64,000 bases of DNA, from contig OY970355.1 of NCBI GenBank assembly GCA_963718525.1, positions 3,008,001 to 3,072,000 of the forward strand. Direction: 5' to 3'. A program made the translations under genes and the position numbers. This DNA comes from Candidatus Dormiibacterota bacterium (GTDB taxonomy: Bacteria; Chloroflexota; Dormibacteria; Aeolococcales; Aeolococcaceae). The notes under the pieces were generated by a model. It was not told the origin of the DNA. It worked only from the letters and a program-made list of their open reading frames with translations, and did no database searches. Shown piece after piece: positions 30,600-39,841 of the stretch (position 1 is its first letter; each line of letters begins with the position of its first letter).

Positions 30600-31985
30600 G
30601 TGGCTGAAGCTGTGACCGGGGAGCTGACGCAGTCGGCCCACGCACGCCCGATGACGAACTCACCCGACCGTCCGGCGGGTCGCCTGCCGACCAAGCGACC
30701 CCGCAGCGAGTCCAGCACCATGCCGGCTCGAGACCGCCGAGCCGGGATCGAGCGAACCATCGAGCTCAGCCGCTGGATGGTGCTGATCTTCGCGGCCGTC
30801 GCCAACAACTTCCCAGGGCTGGCCACCGGCCAGTCGACGGCGGCTGTCAACCTCGTGCTCGGCGCATGGGGGGTGTTCAACCTCGCCGCTACGGTCATGC
30901 TCCTCGCCCATCGCATCCCGGGTCGCCGCCTTCAGGTGGCGACCATCGTGCTCGACCTCGCCGTCGCCAGCGGACTTGTCTACCTGACCGGTGGCTACAA
31001 CTCCGACCTCGCGGTCACGTTCTTCATCGTTGTGATCGCCAGCAGCCTTCGCTTCGGACTCGTCGGGAGCCTGGTGTGTGCGTTCGTTGCCGGCGTCGCA
31101 TATTTCGTGGTCGGATTCGACGTCGCCAATCATCACCTCGACACGACGCTCATCGATGCGCTGGTGTCACGCCTGTTCCTGCTCTTCGTGGTGGCGCTGA
31201 GCAGCAACCTCCTCGCCCGGGAGCTGGTCGGCGAGCGCGACGCCCAGGTGCGCAGGTCCATCGAGCTCGAGCACGCGGCGTTCGCGGAGCTGCGCGAGGT
31301 CGACCGCATCAAGAGCGAATTCATGATGCTCGCCTCCCACGAGTTGCGGACACCATTGACCAAGATCAAGGCGTGGCTGACACTCATGCATGACGCGGGC
31401 GACCGGCTCCCTCAGGATGCGCGCGACGAGGGCCTGCACGAGCTGCGCCTCGAGGCCGAGCACCTGGCGCGTCTGACCGACAACCTGCTGTGCATCGCCC
31501 AGCTCGAATCTGGTGAGATCCGCCTCAAGACGGCGGCCGTCGACCTCGAGAACGTGTTCCGCGAGGTCATCGCGCGCTTCGTCGAATCCGCCGACCACGA
31601 TCGCTTCGCGATCACCGTCGCCGCCGACGCGCAGCGCGTGCTCGCGGATCACGAGCGTCTTGCACTGGTCGTCGCGTGCCTCATCGACAACGCGCTGAAG
31701 TTCTCCCCCGACTCCGAGCCGGTGCGCGTCACCACGTACCGTGCGGTGAACAAGGTGCACGTCGAGGTCAGGGACAACGGGCGGCGTATCCCGGACAGCG
31801 ACGTCGACCGTGTCTTCGCGTCCTTCTATCAGGTCGAGTCGCCACTGCTCCGACAGCGAGGAGGATTCGGCGTCGGCCTCTATCTCGCGCGACAGCTGGT
31901 CGAGCGAATGGGCGGCAGGATCTGGATCGACAACTCACGCGCGCGTGGCAACACCTTTGTCGTGGCGCTGCCGGTGCACGTCTGA
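30600..31985 (+). CDS. Membrane sensor histidine kinase (HisKA + HATPase)
   Basis: Several TM helices, ASHELRTPLT, LIDNALKFS, GGFGVGL; start uncertain (30600, 30651 or 30720). Confidence 0.92.
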   Translation: MAEAVTGELTQSAHARPMTNSPDRPAGRLPTKRPRSESSTMPARDRRAGIERTIELSRWMVLIFAAVANNFPGLATGQSTAAVNLVLGAWGVFNLAATVMLLAHRIPGRRLQVATIVLDLAVASGLVYLTGGYNSDLAVTFFIVVIASSLRFGLVGSLVCAFVAGVAYFVVGFDVANHHLDTTLIDALVSRLFLLFVVALSSNLLARELVGERDAQVRRSIELEHAAFAELREVDRIKSEFMMLASHELRTPLTKIKAWLTLMHDAGDRLPQDARDEGLHELRLEAEHLARLTDNLLCIAQLESGEIRLKTAAVDLENVFREVIARFVESADHDRFAITVAADAQRVLADHERLALVVACLIDNALKFSPDSEPVRVTTYRAVNKVHVEVRDNGRRIPDSDVDRVFASFYQVESPLLRQRGGFGVGLYLARQLVERMGGRIWIDNSRARGNTFVVALPVHV

Positions 31986-32014
31986 TGCGCGGTGATCGGG
32001 GGTCGCGGTTGCAG

Positions 32015-32077
32015 GTTCGTAAAGACGGGCAACGCGTTCGTAACCGGCGCAATCCCGCAGCGGAGCGGTGCTACCTT
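32015..32077 (+). promoter_or_regulatory. Putative promoter of the OmpR-family regulator with upstream direct repeats
   Basis: GTTCGTAA at 32015 and 32036 (21-nt spacing), then extended -10 TGcTACCTT at 32069-32077. Confidence 0.45.
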
Positions 32078-32124
32078 GCGCCAATGGGCACGTTTGCTGC
32101 GGTTGCTCCAAAGCTGAGGAACGG

Positions 32125-32937
32125 ATGACAACGTTTACGGAATCGATCCTCGCGCCGCTGGGTCATGGCGTCGTCCGGGCTCCGGCCGAGGCCACGGTGC
32201 TGGTGATCGACGATGACCTGGCCATGCGCGACATCCTTGCCACCGTCGCTCAGCAGCACGGATTCGGCCTGCAGTTCGCCGAGGACGGCGCCGAAGGCCT
32301 GCGCCTCGCCGAGCAGAGCGACGTCGACCTCATCCTCCTTGACCTCAGCTTGCCCGGGATGCCCGGCCTCGACGTCTGCCGCCGGCTCCGAGGAGCCGGT
32401 GTGGAAGTCCCGATCATCATCCTGTCGGCCAGCACGGACACCGTCGACATCGTCGTGGCGCTCGAGATCGGCGCCGACGACTACATCGCCAAACCGTTCG
32501 AGATCCGCGAGCTCGCGGCACGCGTCAACGCCAAGCTGCGCCGCCAGCGGACCACCCAGTCGCAGGTCCGCCCTGGGCGGCTCAAGTTCCCCGGCCTGAT
32601 CGTCGACATCGGCAGGCACGAGGTGCTTCGCGACGGCGAGTCGGTCAATCTCACCCCGACTGAGTTCGACCTGCTCGCCCTGCTCTCAGCGTCACCGGGG
32701 CGGGTCATCTCACGCTCCGAGATGATCCAGAAGGTCTGGGGCCAGGGCGCCGACCTCGACCTGCGCAGCGTCGATGCCCATGTGTACCGGCTGCGCCGGA
32801 AGATCGAGCCGACCGGTCCGCGACCGACCTATATCCATGCGGTCCCGGGGATCGGCTACCGATTCGAGCGTCGCGGCCTCAACGAGCGGCTGTCGCGCAA
32901 TGGCACCGCGAGCGACGAGACCGGCCTAACCGGCTGA
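32125..32937 (+). CDS. OmpR/PhoB-family response regulator
   Basis: REC (VIDDD, LLDLSLP, GADDYIAKPF) plus wHTH (LTPTEFDLL, VDAHVYRLRRKIE, GIGYRF). Confidence 0.95.
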   Translation: MTTFTESILAPLGHGVVRAPAEATVLVIDDDLAMRDILATVAQQHGFGLQFAEDGAEGLRLAEQSDVDLILLDLSLPGMPGLDVCRRLRGAGVEVPIIILSASTDTVDIVVALEIGADDYIAKPFEIRELAARVNAKLRRQRTTQSQVRPGRLKFPGLIVDIGRHEVLRDGESVNLTPTEFDLLALLSASPGRVISRSEMIQKVWGQGADLDLRSVDAHVYRLRRKIEPTGPRPTYIHAVPGIGYRFERRGLNERLSRNGTASDETGLTG

Positions 32938-33303
32938 CCAGGGCGGTTGTGACCATGCGCTCCGTGTGGCCAGGCTCCGGGGCAGCGTTCGCCGTTGCGG
33001 CGCACCCAACTCCTCCACGAGCACGAGCTGTCCCCGATCGTTCAACGTCGCGGGCCGCGCCTCGACGATCTGGTCGCGCAGCAATGAGAGCGCGCGCCCG
33101 TGCGGCCGCTGGAACTCATAACACACCGCCTCCCGGCCGTCCCACAGCCGCCGCTTCGACGAGCCGGTATAGATCGCGAGGCTCCGGGTGACCCGCCGCT
33201 GCTGCGGGGTTCTCACGGTGTACGAGATTCGATACATCTCCCCCCGCCGCAACTGGAAACGTTCCACCTCTCCGTGATGCCCTGCACTCTGTGCATTCAT
33301 CAT
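32926..33303 (-). CDS. Hypothetical protein, small and beta-rich
   Basis: About 125 aa ORF filling the gap between the regulator and ParA; alternating beta-strand pattern (MYRISYTV, LAIYTG, VCYEF). Confidence 0.55.
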   Translation of the reverse strand: MMNAQSAGHHGEVERFQLRRGEMYRISYTVRTPQQRRVTRSLAIYTGSSKRRLWDGREAVCYEFQRPHGRALSLLRDQIVEARPATLNDRGQLVLVEELGAPQRRTLPRSLATRSAWSQPPWSAG

Positions 33304-33452
33304 CGTTTGCAAGTATTGACGCGTTCTGTGCGATGCGCTCGGACCCCGCGTGACGCCCAGGTCACAGAGCGTCATCGTGTCTTCGGACCCTTCGCTCGCC
33401 CAGATCCGCAATGGCTATCGAGTGGCGGTGCAAACTATCGTGCAGGTTTCAG

Positions 33453-34241
33453 GTGACCGTATCCATCGCATGCGTTTCCGGCAAGGGCGGCGTGGGCAAG
33501 ACCACGACCGTCATCAACCTCGGCGCCGCGCTCGCCGAGCGTGGTAAGCGCGTGCTCCTCGTTGATTGCGATCCGCAGTCGAACCTCACCAGCGGGGTCG
33601 GTCTTGATCCCTACGACGAGCGCCCCGGTGTCGCCGCGGTGATCGGGGGACACGTCGACGCGGCGGCAGCGATCACCGAGACCAGTTGGGCGAACCTGTG
33701 GGTGCTGCCGGCGTCGCCCGACCTTTCGGCCGTGGAGGGCGAGCTCAAGTCCTCAATAGACAAGGAGCTGGTGCTGCGCGACGCGCTCCGCCGCGACGGC
33801 GCCCGCGCCGGCTTCGACTACGTGCTCTTCGATACACCACCGAGCTTCGGATTCCAGACCATCAGCGCCCTCGCCGCGGCAGGCGAGGTGCTCATCCCCG
33901 TGCAGATGTCGGGATTCGCCATTCGCGGCCTCAAGGAGGTGCTGCGCACGGTGCATCTGGTCCGGGGACGGCTCAATCCCGACCTTGCGATCCTCGGGAT
34001 CGTTCCAACGTTCGTCAACCTGCGGACGCGCTTCAGCCGCCAGCTCCTGGACGGTCTGTGCGAGCTCGCCAACATCCGCGTCTTCGCCACGGTCATCACC
34101 CCGACGGTCAAGCTCCAGGAGACGTCGCTCGCCGGCATTCCGATCACCGCCTACGCGTCGTCGTCGAAGGCCGCCGCCGCCTACCGTGAGCTTGCCGGCG
34201 AGATCGACGGCGATGAGGCGGAGGTTGCAGCCGGTGTCTGA
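33453..34241 (+). CDS. ParA/Soj-family ATPase
   Basis: KGGVGKTT deviant Walker [19 protein letters not shown]; GTG start. Confidence 0.93.
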   Translation: MTVSIACVSGKGGVGKTTTVINLGAALAERGKRVLLVDCDPQSNLTSGVGLDPYDERPGVAAVIGGHVDAAAAITETSWANLWVLPASPDLSAVEGELKSSIDKELVLRDALRRDGARAGFDYVLFDTPPSFGFQTISALAAAGEVLIPVQMSGFAIRGLKEVLRTVHLVRGRLNPDLAILGIVPTFVNLRTRFSRQLLDGLCELANIRVFATVITPTVKLQETSLAGIPITAYASSSKAAAAYRELAGEIDGDEAEVAAGV

Positions 34242-34911
34242 GATCGGCGAGCGCTCGGCTCCACCCGTCAACGGACCGCCGCTGTCGGGCCCGATGGCTC
34301 GCTGGCTCGCACCCACTTCCGAGTCGCGTATCGAGCGGATCGCCATCGACGCCGTGCACGACCGGCCGTGGTGGCCTGGAAGCGAAGTCGACGCGGTGAC
34401 TCTCGCCGCGCTCCGATCGAGCATTGCCTCCCGCGGCATCATCGAGCCCCTGCTCCTGCGCCGGCGGGGCTCGGACCGGTTCGAGGTGGTGTGTGGGTCA
34501 CGGCAACTCCGAGCGGCACGCGACCTCGGCCAATCCCACATTCCGGCGATCGTCCGGGAGCTCTCAGAACGCGAAGCCCTTCTGGTCGCCGCCTGGACGA
34601 CAGTGGAACGCCGCCAGCACACTGGCGATCGCACGGCGCTGGGCGAGCGCCTGCTCGCGGCAGGCTTCACCCCGGAGGAGACCCGCCTCCTCGCCGACAC
34701 AGCGTCGCTGGCCGCGCAGACGCCGGCCGCACACGGCAACGCTCCCGCATTCGTGCTCCGGCCTGACCCGCTGTCGCGACCGCGCCGCCTTGCCGCCGAC
34801 ATCGCGTTCGATCTGCCGCATGCCGACGCCCTTCCGCAGATGGCGCCTGAGGCGCTGATCACTGCGCTCACCGCCCTCGATGGGGTGAGTCTGGTCGCCC
34901 TGGTGCGGTGA
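34234..34911 (+). CDS. ParB N-terminal-domain protein, degenerate
   Basis: [18 protein letters not shown]...[13 protein letters not shown]...IPAIVREL; GGAGG RBS, overlaps the parA stop. Confidence 0.8.
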   Translation: MSEIGERSAPPVNGPPLSGPMARWLAPTSESRIERIAIDAVHDRPWWPGSEVDAVTLAALRSSIASRGIIEPLLLRRRGSDRFEVVCGSRQLRAARDLGQSHIPAIVRELSEREALLVAAWTTVERRQHTGDRTALGERLLAAGFTPEETRLLADTASLAAQTPAAHGNAPAFVLRPDPLSRPRRLAADIAFDLPHADALPQMAPEALITALTALDGVSLVALVR

Positions 34912-35432
34912 GCTCTGTCCCCCGTCACTCCGAGGAAGAGCTTCGCCAGCAGTGGGCATTCCTCGACGCGCTGGTGGACCGCCAAGCAGCAAGCTTGAAA
35001 TCTGGCGTTCAGGACCCTGAGGAGGACGATCGCATCGTTCCGATGGTCGCGCCCGACGCGAACTACCTCGAGGAGATCTCGACGCTCACGGAGCGCGTCA
35101 CCACACTTGAGGATGAGCGGGTGACGCTGCTCCGCCGTATCGATCTCGCCGAGGAAGCTCGTGTGGCCGCGGAGCAGGCGCGGGCCACGGCTGATGCGGC
35201 GCGTCTGGCCGCCGAGCACGCGCTCGCCGAGGAGCGCTCGCGCCCGAGGCCGAGCTCCGGCCCCGCAGCGCCCGCCCCGCCACGGATGCCTGCGACAGCC
35301 GCGCCTCCCGCCACCTACACCTACCCGCGGCCCGCCGTCCGAGGCGTGACAGCCAGGGGCGGCACCCCTCCGCCTCAGGCGACGCCGCCGAAACCCCGAC
35401 GCAAGACCTGGTGGCAGCGGATCAGGGAGTAA
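34908..35432 (+). CDS. Coiled-coil protein with Pro-rich linker and C-terminal basic/aromatic tail
   Basis: Heptad segment (LEEISTLTERVTTLEDER...), ends KPRRKTWWQRIRE; GTGA overlap with the parB-like gene. Confidence 0.8.
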   Translation: MSSVPRHSEEELRQQWAFLDALVDRQAASLKSGVQDPEEDDRIVPMVAPDANYLEEISTLTERVTTLEDERVTLLRRIDLAEEARVAAEQARATADAARLAAEHALAEERSRPRPSSGPAAPAPPRMPATAAPPATYTYPRPAVRGVTARGGTPPPQATPPKPRRKTWWQRIRE

Positions 35433-36204
35433 CTGCTCCGGCCGGTTTCGGCCGCCTCCCCTGCGCCATGCCGACGAACTGGCGCAGCGCCTCGGTCGGC
35501 GACGGACGGGTCGCCACCTCACGCAGCAGCATCTTGCTTTCGGAGAGCAATTCCTGATCCGGAAGCTCGCCTCGGCCTGACGTGGCCACGACCCAGCCCG
35601 GGGAGTACCAGAGCACTGTCTCGAAGGCGAGCCCGCTGAGGGTCAGTCCGTTGAGCAGCGAGTCGGTGATCCTCGAGAGCGGCCGTTTCGCGTTCGTGAC
35701 CACGATGCCGCGAATTCGATCGAGCACATCGATCTGCTGAGCAAGTCCGACGGTCAACGCCGCTGCGCGCAGCGAGAGGATGTCGAGCGCTGTGGGAATG
35801 ACGATTCGGTCCGCAGCGCCCATCGGTCCCACCAGCGAGGGCTCGTGAGGATGCGTGTCGAGCAGGATGATGTCGCATTCGTCACGAACGTCGGCAAGCA
35901 TCTCGTCGAGCTGTTCCTTCGAGGGCGACTCCTCGTTGAGGCTTCGATGCGACGCGACGGTGCGGATGCCGAGCGGGTGATCGATCAGCGCATCACGCAA
36001 TGTGACTCGCCCGTGCAGGACGTCCATGACGGTAACGCTGCGTTTGGCCCGCTCCAGCGCATTGCTCAATCCGCCGGTGGGATCGAGATCGATTGCGATG
36101 ACTTTGAGACCACCCGCGGCGGCGGCCGCACACAGCGCATAGCTGCTGGTTGTCTTTCCGACACCACCTTTTAGCGACGCAATCGTGATGACTTCTGCAG
36201 GCAC
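35422..36204 (-). CDS. Second, divergent ParA/MinD-family ATPase
   Basis: [26 protein letters not shown]; GTG 36204 preceded by TATTCT-N6. Confidence 0.88.
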   Translation of the reverse strand: MPAEVITIASLKGGVGKTTSSYALCAAAAAGGLKVIAIDLDPTGGLSNALERAKRSVTVMDVLHGRVTLRDALIDHPLGIRTVASHRSLNEESPSKEQLDEMLADVRDECDIILLDTHPHEPSLVGPMGAADRIVIPTALDILSLRAAALTVGLAQQIDVLDRIRGIVVTNAKRPLSRITDSLLNGLTLSGLAFETVLWYSPGWVVATSGRGELPDQELLSESKMLLREVATRPSPTEALRQFVGMAQGRRPKPAGAVTP

Positions 36205-36223
36205 GACCGTAGAATATCCGCAC
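36205..36223. promoter_or_regulatory. Putative bidirectional promoter with overlapping -10 elements
   Basis: 19-bp gap GACCGTAGAATATCCGCAC holds TAGAAT (+) and TATTCT (-) between two divergent start codons. Confidence 0.6.
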
Positions 36224-38732
36224 ATGGCCACCGCGGCGCCCCATGTCAAGCTACTGCGACAGCTTGCCAGCGCCAAAGATGATTATCTAAGCGGCGCGTT
36301 CGACATTTCCTGGGACGGCGCCAAGGCGACGCTCTACCTGGTTTTCGGACGGCCGAGCCACGCCGTCTTCGAGGAAGGGCAGGAACAGATCGAAGGGGAA
36401 GCGGCGATCGACGCGCTGCTCGCCGCACTCCCGAGAGCGTTCACCGTCTCTGACTGGCGGCGTGCGATGTCACCCCACGAGACTTCTGTCGATCACCATC
36501 GATGAGCTCGCGGGACCCTTTGTGCGCCTCGCCGGCTCGTACGCTGACGATCCCGTTACCGACGAGAGCCCCGAATGGTGGAGCGCCATCGACGACTCGC
36601 CCGATCTGCCCTTCGGGCTGGCGGACTTTCCATTGCTGCCCGGCGGACGTCCGCTCTGGCTCGAGGCATCGCCGGATGAGGTGCATCTCAGCGATCGTCT
36701 CGCTCAGCTCCCACCCTCGATCGTGATCCTCACCGGAGCAAAGCTTCGCGCTGCAGCTGTCGTGAGCGGCGGCGATCTGATCGACGCGGTCTGGCTCGAC
36801 GCTGACGATCACGCACGCGGCGAAACGGCCGGCCTGGCGCTGCTTGGAGCAACCAAGGGGTCGCTGGCCGGCTATGCGCTGGACGATCCCAGGGTCGCGG
36901 AGGCCCTCACCATGCTGTGGCGACTCCCCGTGGCGGTGAGTGACGTCGAGCTCGCGTGGCTCGACCCGGCTTCGATGCTTGCGGCATTCCGAGCCGACGG
37001 CCTGGATCGTGTGCTCGTCATCGACGCCCCGGTTCGCGGCATCGCGCTGTTCAGTCGCGGCGGATTGGTCGCCGTCTACTCCGAGACCCAGCGGTCTGCG
37101 GTTGCATCGCCCGAGCGGTTGCGTTCCCTGCTCTCTCAGGCGCGTGGACGGCTCACCGTGATGGAGCGTAAGCCTCGTCCGCTAACGGGGGACACCGCTC
37201 CGAAACCGAGTGCCTTTGAGTTCTTCGAGGTCGCTGAGCCCGAGCCGGAGGCGCTGACGGCGGCGGTTGCCGAGTCCGCGCCCGCCGATGCCCCAGAGGC
37301 GTCGCCCGATGTCGAGCCAGTCGAGGCTGCCGACACGCCCTCGACGTTCGAGGCCGGCGAGATCGACGGCAGTAGTTCCGAGCCGGTGACCGAACCCGCG
37401 GCGCGAGCGGTCGATGTGTCAGAGCCACCTCCTCCGCCGCCTGGGGATGAGCTCCCTGCCGAGTTTGCTGACGCGCCACCTCCTCCCCCGCCGGCCGCCG
37501 AGGCGGAGGAGCCCACGCAGAAGCCAAAGCGGTCGCTCTGGGGATTCGGAAGGTCTCGGAGGTCCCGCTCCGAACGGCATGCGGCCGAGGCGGCCGCGGC
37601 GGCAGCCGAAGCCACCGCGTCGACCGAAGGCGGCGACGCCGCCACCTTTGCCGGTTGGAGCGTGCGCCAGCCGGGTCCGGAGACACAGCCTGTGTGGCAG
37701 CGATCCCACGACGCCGGAGTGCCACTCGCCCCCGAGGTCGATGCCATCGACGGCGGTTCAGACGAGGCGCCTGCCCCGACGTGGTCTGTAGCGAGGACGG
37801 AGGATAGCTCACGGGACCTCTCACCCCCGGGGGAGGCAACCGAGGCGTCAGAAGCCCGCGAGGCAGCTCCCGCGTTCGAATTCGCCGCGTTTGACGAGCC
37901 AGCCCCCGTGGCCGAGCCAGTGTCTGAACCCACGGATGACCACACGGCTGAGGAGGGCTCCGACACGTGGCTGTCGCCGTCGTGGCTTGACGACGTCGTG
38001 AACGGCGCGGCGCCTGCGACTGGAATTGAGTATGACGCGACGCCGGAGGCCGAACTGGAGTTCAGCGCAGGGCAGGACTTTGATCCCTACGGGAATGCCG
38101 CCCAGGACGACGACGAGGAGCAAGATCCCGCGAGCGAGCCGGTACATGACGCCGAGGGCGAGCCGGAGCAAGGCTCCGCGAGCGAGCCGGCGCATGACTC
38201 GGCGAGCGAGCCGGAACTCGCCGCTGCATCGTCGGCCGACGCGGAGAACGCCGACCCTATTGATGATGCCGCCCACGGTGCCGAAGCGCTGACGCAGGCG
38301 CCGGTTATGCGGACCCCGGGACCCTGGAGCTGGCCGCTGGCCGAGCCGGATGAGGACGCCCATTCCTCCGCGTCAGACCTCGAACCGGATGCGGCTGCGG
38401 TTGCGGCGCCCGGACGTGAAGACACCACGGCGACGTCCGGTCCGGATGCGGAGGCGGGTTTCTTCCATCGTGACGAACCGGTCGGCTCGCAATACGTGGA
38501 CTTCGACGAGGTGCGCAACGAGCTCGTACAGATCGGCATCGTCTGGCTCGGCGAGACCAATGCGGTGCAGGTCACAGCCCTGCTGAGCAGCACGCGCTCC
38601 ACCATCGACGACTTCGTCGCGACCATCGACACGATTCGCGGACTCCACCTCGACGGCCAGGACCCCGCTTCGATCCAGGCGATGGCTCGCGAGATGCATC
38701 AGCAGGCTGCGGAGCGGTTGTGCGGGGCGTGA
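36224..38732 (+). CDS. Large protein (about 835 aa): three DUF4388/PATAN-like domains, acidic disordered linker, C-terminal helical domain; 1-nt frameshift near 36485
   Basis: ORF 36224-36505 (SGAFDISWDGAKATLYLVFGRPSHAVF...GEAAIDALL) joins ORF 36462-38732 at GAG ACT T CTG TCG ATC (MSPHET/LSITIDEL). Confidence 0.7.
38127..38222 (+). repeat. Four degenerate 24-nt coding tandem repeats (PASEPVHD / AEGEPEQG / SASEPAHD / SASEPELA)
   Basis: GCGAGCCGG core recurs every 24 nt. Confidence 0.7.
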
Positions 38733-38736
38733 TCCG

Positions 38737-39162
38737 GTGAACAACCAGGTGGTGAGCTGGATCCAGGATCACTCGGTCCTGGTCCTGGCCGCACTCGCCG
38801 TGGTGGAAGGGATCATCTGCCTCGCCCTGCTGCGCACGAGCCGTCACGCGAGGCACGAGATGAAGGCCGCGCAAGCGGCTGCACTCGAGTCGGCGCGCGC
38901 GGCCGCGCTCGCCGCCCCCGGTGCGATCGACCCTGAGGCGGTGCTCGCCCTTCTGCGCCAGGGTCACGCGCCGACACTCGACAACGTGTACGCGATGATG
39001 CGCCGGCGCGAACGCGAGGGAATCGACCAGCCGGATGAGCAGGAACGACGCTCGGGCAAGGCGTCCTCTGCAGCGCATGTCCCGGGGAACGGTGCGCCCA
39101 CAGGGACCACCACGCTCACGACCTCACAGGTCGAGGAGCGTCTCCGCCGCTACGAACGCTGA
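38737..39162 (+). CDS. Hypothetical membrane-anchored protein
   Basis: N-terminal TM (VLVLAALAVVEGIICLALL); starts 4 nt after the upstream stop. Confidence 0.75.
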   Translation: MNNQVVSWIQDHSVLVLAALAVVEGIICLALLRTSRHARHEMKAAQAAALESARAAALAAPGAIDPEAVLALLRQGHAPTLDNVYAMMRRREREGIDQPDEQERRSGKASSAAHVPGNGAPTGTTTLTTSQVEERLRRYER

Positions 39163-39168
39163 GGGTCG

Positions 39169-39675
39169 CTACCTCGGGTGGCTGCGCCGCTCGAGCGATG
39201 ACGGACGTCCTCGACCACACGCCTCGGCCGCGGCGAGGAACGCCATGGCCACCGCCTCCTCACGAAGCCGCGCGATCGCGTCCTCGGTGCGGTGGAGCAC
39301 GGCCACGCTGTTGCGGATGGTCCACCCCGTTCGTCCGGATACCTTCGGCGGAAGCAGTTGCTCACCCGGCGAGCGGACCGACCAGCTTGCCGGGGATGGG
39401 CTCGCTGCTCGCGCATCGCCAGAGGGCGATCCGGGACGCCGCGCCCCTGCGTGGGATTCGGGCCGTTGTATCTCCTCGAACATAGGGTCGGAGGCGGGAG
39501 CGGACGTGGGCCAGATGATCTCGGCGGGGCGCCGAACGTCGACGCGGCTCGTGCCCGCAAGCGCGAAGAGCGCGGCGGCGAGATCCTCGCCGGAGTCGAA
39601 GGCGCTCCCCTCTCCGAACCACTCGTCGTCCTGGGCCGATGCTCCTCCCACCACCGCGATCGCCCCCGTACTCAT
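39169..39675 (-). CDS. Hypothetical protein
   Basis: About 168 aa ORF from ATG 39675 filling the gap; TACGAT upstream; no family recognised. Confidence 0.45.
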   Translation of the reverse strand: MSTGAIAVVGGASAQDDEWFGEGSAFDSGEDLAAALFALAGTSRVDVRRPAEIIWPTSAPASDPMFEEIQRPESHAGARRPGSPSGDARAASPSPASWSVRSPGEQLLPPKVSGRTGWTIRNSVAVLHRTEDAIARLREEAVAMAFLAAAEACGRGRPSSLERRSHPR

Positions 39676-39841
39676 CACAACGGGTTGATCGTACCCGGAG
39701 GACTTAACAACTCGTGGATGTCTGGAACGCTGCGGGAATCGAACGTGTATCGAACCGGTTGCTCCCGGCAGAACAATGTGCTGCGGCGCACACAATCGGC
39801 TCGGAACCGCCACTCGTCCGAAATCCAAGGAGCATCCTCAC

